Of a stretch of DNA of 64,000 nt, positions 1 to 13,600 are shown piece by piece (the stretch's first letter is position 1; each line of letters starts with the position of its first letter). The notes under the pieces were generated by a model, which worked only from the letters and a program-made list of their open reading frames with translations, was not told the DNA's origin and made no database searches. Origin of the DNA: Eledone cirrhosa (lineage: Eukaryota). The stretch spans positions 1,178,001 through 1,242,000 of the forward strand of contig OZ024741.1 in assembly GCA_964016885.1 (NCBI GenBank), written 5' to 3'. A program made the position numbers and the translations under genes.

Positions 1-153
1 TATTAATGCCCCTCCGCCATTTGTGGCATTTCTCATGGGTATAAGGGACTTAGCTCTGTTTCTTGACCGCTGTATCACGTGATAAATTCCCCCTCCGCCT
101 TCCCGGGATTCTCTCTCACGCGTTGCGGACGTGTTTTGAAACTTCAAATGAGG

Positions 154-249
154 TATTCTCTTGATAAGCTGGCAAACCTCACAAGAATACTACATCTCTA
201 TGATATAAGATTTTTGCAAAGTAGCCGCGAAACTGTACAGTCGAGAATA
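154..249 (+). ncRNA. Type I hammerhead ribozyme fold, U3-A8 core variant, long stem-II loop
   Basis: Stem I TATTCTC/GAGAATA (7 bp); core TTGATAA; stem II GC(T)GGC...GCCGC; GAAA; palindromic stem III CTGTACAG; GTC cleavage triplet. Confidence 0.7.
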
Positions 250-482
250 TGAAGAAATAATGGGTATTTATTTATTTATTTATTTATGTCTAATGTTTCT
301 TCTTTCTTGTATTCTATAACTCTGATATTGAATCAATTTAATTCATTCAGATTATTTTGTCCCTCTTAATCATAGAGCAACAACGGTTAAGGTTGACACC
401 GCACAATTTCACATACTTGTGAAAGATATATGTCTATATACATGTATATGCATGTATTCACATGTATCTGCGTATTTCTCAT

Positions 483-549
<67 letters not shown>

Positions 550-857
550 ATATTAATAAATGGAAACTATATTTATAAAACCATATTTATTTTATTATAC
601 ATATTTCAAGGGCCACCAAGGCAAATTATGGTGCGCTTTCATCAGATAAAATACAGATTTGTTTTATAAATAAATATTGACATACCCGGAAAAAAAGACA
701 ACCTTAACGGTTGGAGCTTCCTGGATAGTGGAGATATTACATTTATTGACGGTGATAGAAAATTATGAGTGAGTATGCAAATGAGTGTCCGAAAGGTTGA
801 AAAGATAACAGTTTATTTAAATTAAACCGTTGGAAGAAGGTGATATGTGAGGGAGAG

Positions 858-1067
858 AGAAAAAAAGAAAAAAAGAAAAAAAGAAAAAAAGAAAAAAAGA
901 AAAAAAGAAAAAAAGAAAAAAAGAAAAAAAGAAAAAAAGAAAAAAGAAAAAAGAAAAAAGAAAAAAGAAAAAAGAAAAAAGAAAAAAGAAAAAAGAAAAA
1001 AGAAAAAAGAAAAAAGAAAAAAGAAAAAAGAAAAAAGAAAAAAGAAAAAAGAAAAAAGAAAAAAGAA
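858..1067. repeat. A-rich simple repeat (GAAAAAA)n
   Basis: Read directly; explains the poly-K/poly-F ORFs. Confidence 0.95.
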
Positions 1068-1978
1068 ATGAGAAAGATAGAAGAGGAAAGAAAGAACGAT
1101 TATATATATTGACAGTGAAAATAGCGTGCATGAAGAGAAGCGTTTCAAAGGATAAATACAGCGTGAGTATATTTAAGTGAGAGAAGAAGTGAGTTTTAAA
1201 GGATAAATACAGCGTAAGTATATTTAAGAGAGAGAAGAAATGAAGAAATAAGAATAACGTGGAAGAATAATATTTATAATGCAGGATTCATTGTTTTGAT
1301 TATAATATTTATAATGATAGGTTGAAAAATTAGATTAAAATTAAAATTAAAATTAAAGATTAAAATTAATAATTAGTTTAAATGTGTATGTTAAGGATTA
1401 TAAATTATTTAAATAAATATATATTATTTTACATTAGAGCAAATCTAGTATAGTTTATTTTATTAAAAGTTGTAAGTCAAAAAATTTTAAACATCCAAAT
1501 AATTCTAAATTTATGGAAAATTTTCGAGAGTTTGCAAAAGAGTAACCACTTAGTTATATTATAGAACCAGTAAGGAAGCGAATAGGAAGTTATAAGTGAT
1601 TTTTTAAGAACTCAGATGACTCTAAGGATTAAATGCTATAAAGTTAAGAAGTTAAAAAAATTTTTATCTTAAGAATATAATTAAAACATGAACCATATGT
1701 TATTTTATACGAAGTCATAAATTTACTTGCTATAAAGTTAAAACATATATATATATATAAGGTTAGTATGTATGTATACGTACATACATATATGTATACA
1801 GACGTATAGTAGTATGTATATATATACATACATGTACACACATATATATATATATGTACGTATGGGTTTACCGAACATTTATTATAATGCTCGGTTTGTT
1901 TGTAAACAAACAGCCCGAATTACGCCGTACAGTGTTCAGGCAACCACCGTCGCCTTTTTGTTCAACACTGACACAGGA

Positions 1979-2021
1979 ACGATGTACTAGTTTCAAGCTT
2001 ATTAGCTATCGTCAGCATCGT
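1979..2021 (-). ncRNA. Minimal type I hammerhead ribozyme fold
   Basis: Minus strand ACGATG-CTGACGA-T AGCT AATA AGCT T-GAAA-CTAG-TA-CATCGT; 6-bp stem I and palindromic loop 3. Confidence 0.7.
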
Positions 2022-2483
2022 ATACCTTCCTGTCAAAAGATTGAACGTCTGAAAATATATACTTTCCTTATGCATATTAACGGCTGAGCAGCCTAATTTG
2101 CATATCGAGTGAGTTAGTCGGCCGGGCGCACCGAACACGATAAATGGAAAAGAATGAAACGAAATTTTATTTCTCACTCTTAGTACGGCTGATACTTAAA
2201 TGTAAGTATGTATGTATACGTACATACATATATGTATACAGACGTATAGTAGTATATATATTTATACATACATGCACACATATATATATGTATGTATGGG
2301 TTTACCGAACATTTATTATAGCGCCGATTGGCGCCCGACAGACTGGTCGGTCAAGGTGGTCAAGGTGATATATATTCTGAGTATATGTTGGTTGTTTACC
2401 GACACTTCACTATGCAGATTGGAGCACTCGACGAAGTACGCAGGTTGGTTTATTTACTCTGAAGTAATGTAAAATAATTAAGT

Positions 2484-2520
<37 letters not shown>

Positions 2521-3104
2521 CCCTAGGCCTACCTCCCTCCCTCTCCACATCTATGAACCTGCCCTCTGGGGCAATAAATAATTCCAACCTTGACTATCAA
2601 CGCATCGCTTAAGGTGGTCGCTTTAAGAGTAACCAGTATAATAAAACCACTACCACAACATCTTGGTTAAGATATCTACAAACCACTCTCTCCCATTTCT
2701 CCAACCCCTGCATATCTTTCTCTCTCTCTCTTCCTCTCCCCTTCTTTTTTCTCTCTTCCTTTTCTACTCTATCTTCCCCAATAACCTCACTTAAGGGTAT
2801 TTACATTGTACATTTTAACCATTCTGCTCTGATAATTGAGTTTTGCAAATAGTTATAAATTTGCACATAGCATAACTAGGCTGTATAACCACCGTGGAAA
2901 CATTTGTAAGCACACAGAATAAATTACCTTTTTATGATGTCTACCTGTTATTATTCATTCTTTATCTACACTCCGGAATACAGAAGGATCAGGAACTAAG
3001 TTTCTTCAACAATTCTTCCATAACTCGTTGAGTAACCTCTCACCGTACGTCAACTCTATCCAGTGTAGTAATTAACCATTACTGCATTTAGGATAATCCT
3101 ATAC

Positions 3105-3143
<39 letters not shown>

Positions 3144-3536
3144 ATACTTTGGGAGGGTCATGTTGCCAATAAGAAACACACGCACCAGTTGCTTTCACTT
3201 CAATTTATTATAATAAATTTATAATAAATTTATAAATTTATAAATTTCTGGTTGGTTGGTTGGTTCCACAACCAGATAGTTGTTTATATATTGTCATAGT
3301 TCTTTCGTCACACACTCTGTGACCTCTTCGGTGACTGTGGATTCCTTTCTTTGTTTCTGTGCCTCTCCTTTGTTCTGTCCTACGCCATTTTGTTTCTGTG
3401 TGTGTGTTGTGTGCTCAGTCTGCGCATGCGCCACATCCCGGTGTCTGTGTGTGTTTATGTTCATTTATTTATTTGTTTATTTACATGATACTGGTTGGTT
3501 GTTTGTTCTATGTGTGTGTGTGTTTACATTTTGTCC

Positions 3537-6500
3537 TTAATTGTAAGTTGTGATGTTGCTGTTCCACTCATATTTTCTATTTAATTTTGGTTGTAATTCT
3601 TTTATGTTTATTGCCTCTGTGATTTGTCTAAACATTGCGTCTTTTCTGTGTGTAGATTCTATTTTTATTTCTATGTTCTCTAATTTACCCTTGTGTTCTA
3701 TTTTAGCATGTTGGTAGAGTACAGATGATTCTTTACTATCTTGAAGGTCTCGCCAGTGTTCATTTATCCGTTCCCCATACACTACGAGCTGTCTCACCTA
3801 TGTACACTATATTTTTGTCTCTACATTGTCCTTCAGTACATCTTATGCTATACACTACATTTCTAGTTTTACAGTTAATATGGGGGCTTATTTTACAGGT
3901 TATACATTTCTTATCTATACATGAGGGTCTTTGAAAAGGGTATGTCTTGCTAATAAGTGTTTTTACGGAGGTACCTGGTCTTTCTACTATCTTAATATTG
4001 AGTTTATGTTTATTTAGGGCCCTTCTAAGTTTGTAAGCTAATTCACCTCTAGGGGTTGTATCGATGAACATTACACTCTGGTATTTATTGCTATCATACC
4101 ATGAGTTTATTCTATTAGCCTTGTTCCTAGTTCTTTCTATTCTATTCCAAAATTTGCTCCTATACAAGGGGCAGGTCCCATTTATGTCATTATTTACCAT
4201 TTTTTCCCATTTGGTTCTGGCTCCTCTATACACTCTGATTTTATCTCTCTGATTGTAGCCAGAGAACTACATACGGTGGATGAAGTGTTGTATGTGTATC
4301 TCTAGTTCTTCGGGGTTGCACATGCGGGACACGTTTCTCATCACCCGTACCAAATCCGCAATCAGTTTCGGTGGATCAGATGTTTGGAAGTCATGGGTTT
4401 GGCATAATGGGAATGGAGGATTTGTTTTTTCTTATTAATGGTATCTAACCAGAGCTCTGTGTCTAGTACAGGTAATCGATGGTTGGGGTGTTTACTAGGG
4501 TAGCCTATAGTAACTCTAATGCTCTGGTGGATGGAGTTAGCTATTTGCTGGATGCTTTCCATTGTGTTTTTCTCTAGTTCCTGACTGTTCTCTAGTGGGG
4601 TTGTCTTAACTACGATGTTTATATCATCAACGTAGCGGGAGTACATTATCAGGGTTAAGGGGTCTTCTAATTGTTCTTTAAGCTTAAGTTTAAGTCTACT
4701 GTTCCACCATACCATGAATAAGTTAGCTATGTCGCCTGCAATGCTAACACCAATGGCTGCTCCTTCCTCTTGGGCATATGTTTTTCCATTAAATTTGAAC
4801 ATATGTTCCTTAAGGGTTAGTTTTATGCTGGCCCCTACCGCATGTGCAATCATTTTCTTCAGTTCATCGTGGTTTTCGGGTGTCCGTATGGCTCTGGTCC
4901 ACCCGTTCCATCTATCTGTGTGGGTTTTCTTGGCCATTGAGGTAATGGTAGGTGGTCTGCCTCTTGCTGGTCTTGTAGGGCACAGGTTGCTAAGGTCATA
5001 TGTGTCTAGGTAATTATTACTATAGGTAAGTTTAAGTAGGAGTCCCAGCTCACTGGTATCAATCCCACGGAACTCAACATTGCTCTCACTGATCATTTCT
5101 ACGCATTTCTTCACAGCGAAATCCACGTCAATAGATGGATACAGGGACACAACATCCATACTACCTATTATGCAGTTTGTTAGGTCCCTAGATCGGTTAC
5201 TCACGCCGATTCTGATGAGGAGGTCCTCCGTGCTGTCACATACATCTGGGGACATTTCGATGATAGGGCGTATGATCAGGGAGAGGAAGTAGGACAGTTT
5301 GTAGTTACTAGCAATGTTAGCTCCACAGACTGGCCGTGTTGGTGGTCCCGCGACAGGGTCACTGCCCGTTTTATGGTCTTTTCGAAGCCCATACAACGCC
5401 GGCACGTCATTGTTCCAGGCCTGGAAGTTGTTGGCAGTCCTTTTGTTGGGCTGCATTATATTCGTCCACATCGCCATATGGGCATTGAGGGCTTTTTCTC
5501 TATCCTCATGCTCCTGTGGTGTTACCTCTCTTGTGTTAGTGATGTGGGGTTGCATTTTCTGGATGTAGTTTGGCAGGCTGTCAACCGACATTCTGCCAGA
5601 CTTGTCTGTTGGAAAGCATGCTATCTCTCCATTACGCGAGCGCTGCATGAGCTTACGCAAGCCATTTGCAGATTTTTCTCTCAGCTGCTGGGCCTCCATT
5701 CTATTATGCTTCTTGTTATACTGTTCTATAATATTTCTAAGTTCGGATCTAGCTATACTAAATTGTGCTTCTGTTTGTTCATCGACATGCGACGGCAATT
5801 GCGTGCGTTTGTTAAATGGTAAAGTCGTGGCGTGGACTCGTCGCAGGTCGAACGATTTATCGGAGGGATTATAAAAACTAGAGTTCCAGGCTGCTGCTTT
5901 ATGTGTACTAGTTTCTATTGTTATTGTTAGTTGTGTTGTTTCTATTTCTATTTCTACCAACAGCCTCATGGTTGTTTCTATATCTCTCATAATTACTCCT
6001 GTCTCTTTCCACTGGCTCATTGTTGTTATCTACCCTATTTTGTGTGTCTGTGTGTTCGTCTTGGTTATTTTCTTTGTCCTTAGTCTCCCTTCTCCTTTTT
6101 ATCCTATTACTTTCCCTTATTTCTGTGATTTCTGTGCTACTGTCATTACTTGTTTTCTGTGTCTGTGTGTTTGTTAAGATTGTGGTGGTGGTGAGAGGCA
6201 TTGAATGTGTGTGTGTTGTTGTTGTTGATGTGTGCTGTTGTTGATGTGTGTTGTTGTTGTCTCCGTGTGTGTTATTATTGTTGTGTGTGTTGTTATTGTT
6301 GTTTGTGTCTGCGTGTCTGTTGTTGTTGTTTCTGGGTATGTTATTATTGTTGTTGTTGTTGGTGTGTGTGTTGTTGTTATTGTTGTTTGTGTCTGTGTGT
6401 CTGTTGTTGTTGGGATGTGTGTTGTATATGTGTCTGCGTATATTGTTGCTTTTGTTTTTGTTTTTGTTTTTGAGGCTCCAGCGTAGTTTTGTAAATGATT

Positions 6501-6608
6501 TTTCTATTTCTGACAGACAACTAATCATATTTACCTTCTTGAATGTCGCATACTTAGGTGGAAGTTGTAATACAGATAATTCGTCGTCATCTATTACTGT
6601 GTTGCCGT
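3537..6608 (-). pseudogene. PLE-1 RT/GIY-YIG polyprotein, frameshifted
   Basis: Consecutive ORFs 5908-6675 (LPPKYA..KLRW), 4362-6020 (DKSG, GSMDVVSLYPSI, GAAIG, YSRYVDD), 3760-4233 and 3537-3797 (CxxxxCxxC linker, VVYSIRC..YIGETAR). Confidence 0.9.
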
Positions 6609-6609
6609 A

Positions 6610-7600
6610 TAAACACCCCAACCATCGATTACCTGTACTAGACACAGAGCTCTGGTTAGATACCATTAATAACAAAAAACAAATCCTCCATTCCCATTAT
6701 GCCAAACCCATGACTTCCAAACATCTGATCCACCGAAACTCGGCCGTTTCGGACCATACCAAAATCAACATACTGATTGCGGATTTGGTATGGGTGATGA
6801 GAAACGTGTCCCGCATGTGCAACCCCGAAGAACTAGAGATACACATACAACACTTCATCCACCGTATGCAGTTATCTGGCTACAATCAGAGAGATAAAAT
6901 CAGAGTGTATAGAGGAGCCAGAACCAAATGGGAAAAAATGGTAAATAATGACATAAATGGGACCTGCCCCTTGTATAGGAGCAAATTTTGGAATAGAATA
7001 GAAAGAACTAGGAACAAGGCTAATAGAATAAACTCATGGTATGATAGCAATAAATACCAGAGTGTAATGTTCATCGATACAACCCCTAGAGGTGAATTAG
7101 CTTACAAACTTAGAAGGGCCCTAAATAAACATAAACTCAATATTAAGATAGTAGAAAGACCAGGTACCTCCGTAAAAACACTTATTAGCAAGACATACCC
7201 TTTTCAAAGACCCTCATGTATAGATAAGAAATGTATAACCTGTAAAATAAGCCCCCATATTAACTGTAAAACTAGAAATGTAGTGTATAGCATAAGATGT
7301 ACTGAAGGACAATGTAGAGACAAAAATATAGTGTACATAGGTGAGACAGCTCGTAGTGTAGGGGAACGGATAAATGAACACTGGCGAGACCTTCAAGATA
7401 GTAAAGAATCATCTGTACTCTACCAACATGCTAAAATAGAACACAAGGGTAAATTAGAGAACATAGAAATAAAAATAGAATCTACACACAGAAAAGACGC
7501 AATGTTTAGACAAATTACAGAGGCAATAAACATAAAAGAATTACAACCAAAATTAAATAGAAAATATGAGTGGAACAGCAACATCACAACTTACAATTAA
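6610..7600 (+). CDS. PLE-1 C-terminal part (RT thumb, Zn linker, GIY-YIG endonuclease), 5'-truncated open frame
   Basis: Part of ORF 6248-7600 from KHPNHRLPVLD to PKLNRKYEW; the Leu-rich N-terminus is antisense low-complexity sequence. Confidence 0.85.
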
Positions 7601-7799
7601 GGACAAAATGTAAACACACACACACATAGAACAAACAACCAACCAGTAACATGTAAATAAACAAATAAATAAATGAACATAAACACACACAGACACCCGG
7701 ATGTGGCGCATGCGCAGACTGAGCACACAACACACACAGAAACAAAATGGCGTAGGACAGAACAAAGGAGAGGCACAGAAACAAAGAAAGGAATCCCCA

Positions 7800-7842
7800 G
7801 TCACTGAAGAGGTCACAGAGTGTGTGACGAAAGAGCTATGAC
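7800..7842 (+). ncRNA. Minimal type I hammerhead in the PLE-1 3' repeat (inverted copy 3293-3335 has a CCGAAGA core mutation)
   Basis: GTCA-CTGAAGA-G-GTCACA gagtg TGTGAC-GAAA-GAGC-TA-TGAC. Confidence 0.75.
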
Positions 7843-8053
7843 AATATATAAACAACTATCTGGTTGTGGAACCAACCAACCAACCAGAAATTTATAAATT
7901 TATAAATTTATTATAAATTTATTATAATAAATTGAAGTGAAAGCAACTGGTGCGTGTGTTTCTTATTGGCAACATGACCCTCCCAAAGTATAACAATATC
8001 GGTTTCAACACACGATTTCAGATAAAGAATCTTGCTAAACAAATTCAGAAACG

Positions 8054-8095
<42 letters not shown>

Positions 8096-8279
8096 GAGGG
8101 TTTTTTTACAAATTGAAAAATAACCGGTGTCCTACAAGTAAATCGCGTAAAGCGAGTGAGACAAGTAAACAACATAGAAGGATGAAAGCAACGCAAAGAT
8201 GGGAATAAACAAGCAACATGGTTATCCGGTCAGCGTAACCTGGGTGGATTTCATGAGCGATCAAGATACAGACCGTCCG

Positions 8280-8324
<45 letters not shown>

Positions 8325-8326
<2 letters not shown>

Positions 8327-8440
8327 CGAAGGAAATGTGGTAAGGAACCAGGTGGACCATAACGCACCAAAGTACTCAATACTTAGGGTAGTAGAGTGGG
8401 TAATAGGAACAAGTAAGACCCCGTCGAGGTCTTACTTGTT

Positions 8441-8442
<2 letters not shown>
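8325..8442. mobile_element. Mini fold-back derivative of the PLE-2 terminus
   Basis: PLE-2 tail AACGAAGGAAATGTGG... then GGAACAAGTAAGACC/GGTCTTACTTGTTCC hairpin, flanked by (TA)n. Confidence 0.85.
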
Positions 8443-8501
<59 letters not shown>

Positions 8502-8630
8502 GTGAGGTTTTTTTTACAAAATGAAAAATAACCGGTGTCCTACACGAGTGAAAGTATAAAGAAAAAGAGATGAAATCGAAAATGCAACTGGAGTCTTATT
8601 TTTTTTTTAAATATATATATTTATTTGGTT

Positions 8631-8665
8631 CCTTTACCGGTTTCGCAGTTCTGCTTTTCAAAAGG
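8631..8665 (-). ncRNA. Minimal hammerhead, U3-A8 variant (copy of 32372-32409)
   Basis: CCTT-TTGAAAA-GCAG AA CTGC-GAAA-CCGG-TA-AAGG. Confidence 0.65.
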
Positions 8666-8696
8666 TGAGTTGAGATGGAGGGTCTGTGGTTTTTCT

Positions 8697-8727
<31 letters not shown>

Positions 8728-9189
8728 ATGTATATATATATGTGCATGTACATATATATATATATATAAATTAAATGTTAGAGAAAACAATACCAAATTC
8801 TTGAACAAATGTATTCAATAACTTGTAATTGTTTCAGAAATCATATCAGAATCATATCATACAAATAAAAATTTAAAAAAATTTAAAAATTTAATTTCTA
8901 TATTAATGCTCTGCCTATACACTTTTTGCTTGACATTGTTTCTCACGCTTACTTTCATTGTTCGCTTGTCTTGCACTTAATACGTATTGAGCACACTGTC
9001 CCCCTCACTACTGGCTTATAATTCTCACAACTAATCTTCTAGATCTCCTCCTTGATTAGTTTGTTACGCATAATTTTGATATATGTACAGTCGATCGACA
9101 AGATCCCTCGTCAAATCAGACTGAGGAAACAATGTTTCCATAGGTTTTTCCAATTGTTAATACTATCTATCGGTCGTAACTCCAGATAG

Positions 9190-9302
9190 AAGGAGCAACG
9201 TGAAATAAAGTGTCTTGCTCAAGGAAATAACGCATCGCCCGGGCCGGGAATCGAACTCACAACCTCACGATTGTGAATCCAATTCTCTAATCACTCAGCC
9301 AT
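9190..9302 (-). mobile_element. tRNA-derived CORE-like SINE 5' part (second copy ~37594-37702)
   Basis: Minus strand TGGCTGAGTG A-box, GTTCGATTCC B-box, then CCTTGAGCAAGACACTT CORE-like motif. Confidence 0.7.
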
Positions 9303-9493
9303 ATATGTATATACATATATATATGAAACAGTTCTAGTCCTGTAGAAGCCATTTCTATATTAAACTTTTATACTCTGCTATGTATTGAGTACCTTACTTA
9401 CTGTGGTTACCCCCGATTGAACCCGGCATACACACCCACACACACAAACACATATAATATACATACACACACACACACACAAACACATATAAT

Positions 9494-9528
<35 letters not shown>

Positions 9529-9815
9529 AATGCTTCATAGATAGGTGAGTCGGAGGAGAAAGATAAAGTGAGACTGAATGACAGGGTGTATGTGTTTGTG
9601 TGGGTGTGTATATGTGTTTCATGTGTGTGTTTGTGTGGATGTGTGTGGGCTGAGATTTTGCTATTGGCGACCTTAGAGCGGTGCATGTGTAACATAATTG
9701 TTTGTTTATTTAAATTTTACACGTTAACTATTTCATGCAGCCATATTTAATTGTGTATACATGTATATATGTATATATGTATATATGTGTGTATGTATAT
9801 ATGTATGTATGTATG

Positions 9816-10648
9816 ACGGATCCATGGCGTTCACTGGAGGGACCACATCAGTGATATCGAGATTTTGGAAAGCTCTATGTGTGACAGTATAGAAGCTCTT
9901 GTGCTTAAGCAACGAATCCGTTGGAGTGGTCACCTTGCCAGGATGAAGGATTCTAGAATACCAAAACAACTCTTTTATGGAGAGTTAGTTAAAGGAAAAC
10001 GACCGCCACATAAACCAAAAAGGAGGTATAAGGATTCCTTGAAAGCCTCTTTGAAAGACGCTAACATCTCTGCTGATACATGGGAAAATATTGCTGCTGA
10101 TCGTAATAAATGGAGAAAGACTGTATATGAGGGAAAAGTTGCCTTTGAGGCATCTCGTATCGCATACGAGAAAGTAAAGCGGGATGTGAGGAAGGGCATT
10201 GCTGTTGCACTTCCAGACGGAGAGGGTCCTCCTATGGTGCTGACATGCAGCGTATGTGCGAGACTCTGCCTAAGCAAAGCTGGACTCGAAAGTCATCTTC
10301 GCAGCCATAAAGTAAGACCAGTGGTTGACTACCCAGCTGCTGTTGGAGATGCTACTCATCACGCTTGCCAAGCATGTGGTAGAGAATGTAAATCAACAGG
10401 AGGGCTCAAACGATATGCAAAAGTACATGAACTCCAACCACAGCCGGCTATTCCCAGTGAATGTTTTGGTTGCCGACTATGTGCAAGACATTTTAGATCA
10501 TTGGCTGGGCTAAAAAGCCACATTCGATCGCAGCGCTGTTAGTTGCTATCGTGTGTGTGTGTATAGATATGTTTATGTGTGTGCGTGTGTGCGTATTTAT
10601 ATGTATGTGTATATTATTATTGTTGTTGTTGTCGTTAATATTATTGTC

Positions 10649-10686
<38 letters not shown>
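9816..10686 (+). mobile_element. 5'-truncated RTE-clade LINE (ORF 9865-10542)
   Basis: IRWSGHLARM..RIPKQLFYGEL..GKRP RTE C-terminus; near-identical to 15851-16700; starts in (TATG)n. Confidence 0.9.
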
Positions 10687-13600
10687 CGGTGACCCCCTGC
10701 AGAACGGAACGCATTATCATGCATCCGTCCTACATGGGTAAAAGGACAGTAAAGGTACGCATTCCCAGCATCCCACCAGGAATGAACATATGGTGGCTGC
10801 TGGGATGCGTAATCGAGGAGGGGACAGACACTACCCTCCTGGATATCAAAAGGACAGAGAGAGAGGACTGGTCCGGAATGGATTTGGAGATTCTTCTCCA
10901 AATGAAACCGGAAGAACTGAACAACATCCCGAATTTTGACGGCCTGCAGGACGGAACAACAATCCAACTAATCATTGACGGAAGAAGGCCACGCTGCTTC
11001 GTCTGCGGGGAAGCAACGCATCTGCAAGCCTTCTGCCCTCAGCGCAAAAATGCAGGGGGTCGCAAACCTCCTTTGTTGCCAACGTCAGTGTCAGCACGGA
11101 AAGCTGCACCACCACCACCACTAAAGACAACACCAACAAAAACACGGACACCAACATCAAAAACAGCCGGATCACCACCAACACCAAAACCAATCCAAGG
11201 GGAAAACGAGGAAAGCTCTCCCACTCCCCCCCCCCAATTATACACATAGACAAAACAATAAACACACACACAGACACAGAGACACTCCCAGCCACAGACC
11301 CTTTGTCTTCCAGCAGCGAAGATGAAGAAAAACCCAAAAGTGCAAAAACACAGAGAAAACTCACAAAAGAAAGCCCCAACAAAACGCAAAAACATACACA
11401 ATAAAAAATACAGATACCACTAACGCAAACACTTCCCCAATAACATCATCACCAACAGCAACATCGACACCACCTCCACAATCCCCGAAACGCAAACAAC
11501 CTAAACAAACACAAGTACAAATAAACACACAAATACCTGAAATTGCAGACACCACACCTACAACAAACACAGACATACCCGAAACAACACCACCAAAACC
11601 ATCACCACCACAGTCACGAAAACGAAAACAAATAAAACCACACCAACAAAATGTTAAAAACTTCGTGCTTGTCAGAAGGGCCAACGATAAACTGATGACC
11701 CTCTTAGTACGAAGCGAGGACATTCAAACAGATGGGGAGATATTTGAAATGAGCACATTTTGCGTGCCAGAAGATTTGCTTCTGGTCCGAATGTCACTCA
11801 ATTCCTTCAAAGAAATTCGAGAGAGCTTTCCTCAAGACGTGGGAACCCCAAATGTGAAACCCACATCAAGACTTTTAAAGGGGTTCCCAAAAGAAACCCC
11901 ACCAACCATGGAGGTCGAACCACCCGAACTTCACAACACCCCGAGAGGTAAGTAAACCTTACCTCTCTCTTTTAGCTTACCAATATGGCCATATTAAGAG
12001 TAGGAAGTTTAAATGTTCGCGGCCTGGGGTCACCCTGGAAGCAGGGTCGCCTGCTCAACGACCTCAGGTCGCTGGAAATGGATGTGATTGCCGTCAGCGA
12101 GACCAGAATTTCCGACACGCGCGCACTAGCCCCCATTTTCGACGACTATCAGATCTTCGCATCTGTTAGCGGACCGGGAATGGGGGTGGGGTGGCAGTGC
12201 TGTTTAGGAAAGGAGTGGATATCGAGGTAAGGTCGATCTCCGGGACCCGGACGGTAAATTGGTGGTCTTGGATGTGAGGAGTAGCGAAGGTGGTGCCTTT
12301 AGACTGCTGGCCGTCTACGCCCCTACAGGGGCCGGACGACCGGACTTCTTTAGGCGCCTGGAGACCTTTCTAGGTACGTCTCGCCCTTTACTGTTAGCGG
12401 GGGACTGGAATGGCATCTTAGACGCACGCTGGGATTGTGTGGGAGTAGCCGATAGGAGCGGGGGGTGCAAAAGCCTCTAGACCTACTCAGCCAATTCCAA
12501 CTGTCTGACAGGTATCGACTAGATTTCCCCAATGTGCCAGTATGGACATAGACCAACCGAATAGGGTCATCTAGATCGTATATAGACAGGATCTTCATTA
12601 GGAAAATAGATAGAAATAGTGTGGGCTGCCCACTTTTTAAAACGGTCGCCTATTCAGATCTCAAATTTGTGATCTGTACGGTCGACTTAGATAAAACGCG
12701 TAGGTTAGGACCGGATTACTGGAAGCTGAACATGTCATTTCCGGCACGTAAGGCTTACAGGGACCGAGTCAACAATTTAGTTAAGCAAAAGTTGACAGGG
12801 GGGATCATCAACAACAGATGGTGGGTGGCTCGCAAAAGAGAGATTACAGTAACTTCGATAGAGTTCAGCAAAGAACTAGCGTTAGAGAAAAATAGAAAGG
12901 AGGGGGAGCTGGTAGATAAGTTAGACGAGGTTATTTGTAGTGGCATTGCAACTGACGTGCTAGCGGCGAGAATGGCATTAGACCATTTCTTCAATGCGAA
13001 ACACGAAGGTTGCATTGTCAGAGCTAAGGCGCGTGCACTGAGAAACGATGGAACCAAAGCTGTTCGATGGGCCCGCGTGGCGGAGGCGCAACGTGGTAAT
13101 AAAACCACAATTCGGTCTTTGGCGGACCGAGACGGACACGAGATAAGCGATTCCAAGCGGATGTGTGAGGCCTTTCGCCAGCACTTTGCTCGGTTGTTCG
13201 GGGAGAGTGGCGAGTCAGAGAGAGTAGCGGATTTCAGTCCCTATCTTGACGGCTCTCCCGATCGGTCCGTCAAGGGTGCCTTCTCTCTTCCCTTCTGTAC
13301 GCATTGACTCTCGAGCCTTTACTGCGGAAGCTGGAGCTGTTGCAGGGCATCCCGCTCGAACCGGGACGTGGAAAGGCGGTGTCGGCTTATGCGGACGACA
13401 TCAACATGATGGTGTCGAACACCTCAGAAATCGAGGTGGTCGGCACCTTATTGAAGGAATATGAAAGGTTGACAGTAGCCAAACTTAACCCGGAAAAGTC
13501 GGTGGGCTTGCAGCTCGGAACCTTGAGAGGTAAGCCCATACCGTCCAACAGCGTCGTGGGGCGCTGGACGGACGGACCGGTAAAGTTGCTCGGAGTTTGG

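Larger units (their letters stand above)
3139..8055. mobile_element. Penelope-like retroelement PLE-1, inverted arrangement, inserted in (TA)n
   Basis: Minus-strand RT+GIY-YIG from 6608 to 3139; plus-strand near-identical copy of its 3' 1.36 kb (6610-7997 vs 3139-4494) plus a ~58-nt tail; (TA)n on both sides. Confidence 0.93.

Noticed and set aside
2815-2912. Hammerhead-like TGCT-CTGATAA..GAAA-CATTTG-TA-AGCA
   Set aside because: C3-A8 mismatch and no stem II pairing; at best a decayed motif
6248-6609. Hydrophobic N-terminus fused to the GIY-YIG ORF
   Set aside because: Antisense reading of the (AAC)-rich PLE-1 region across the inversion junction
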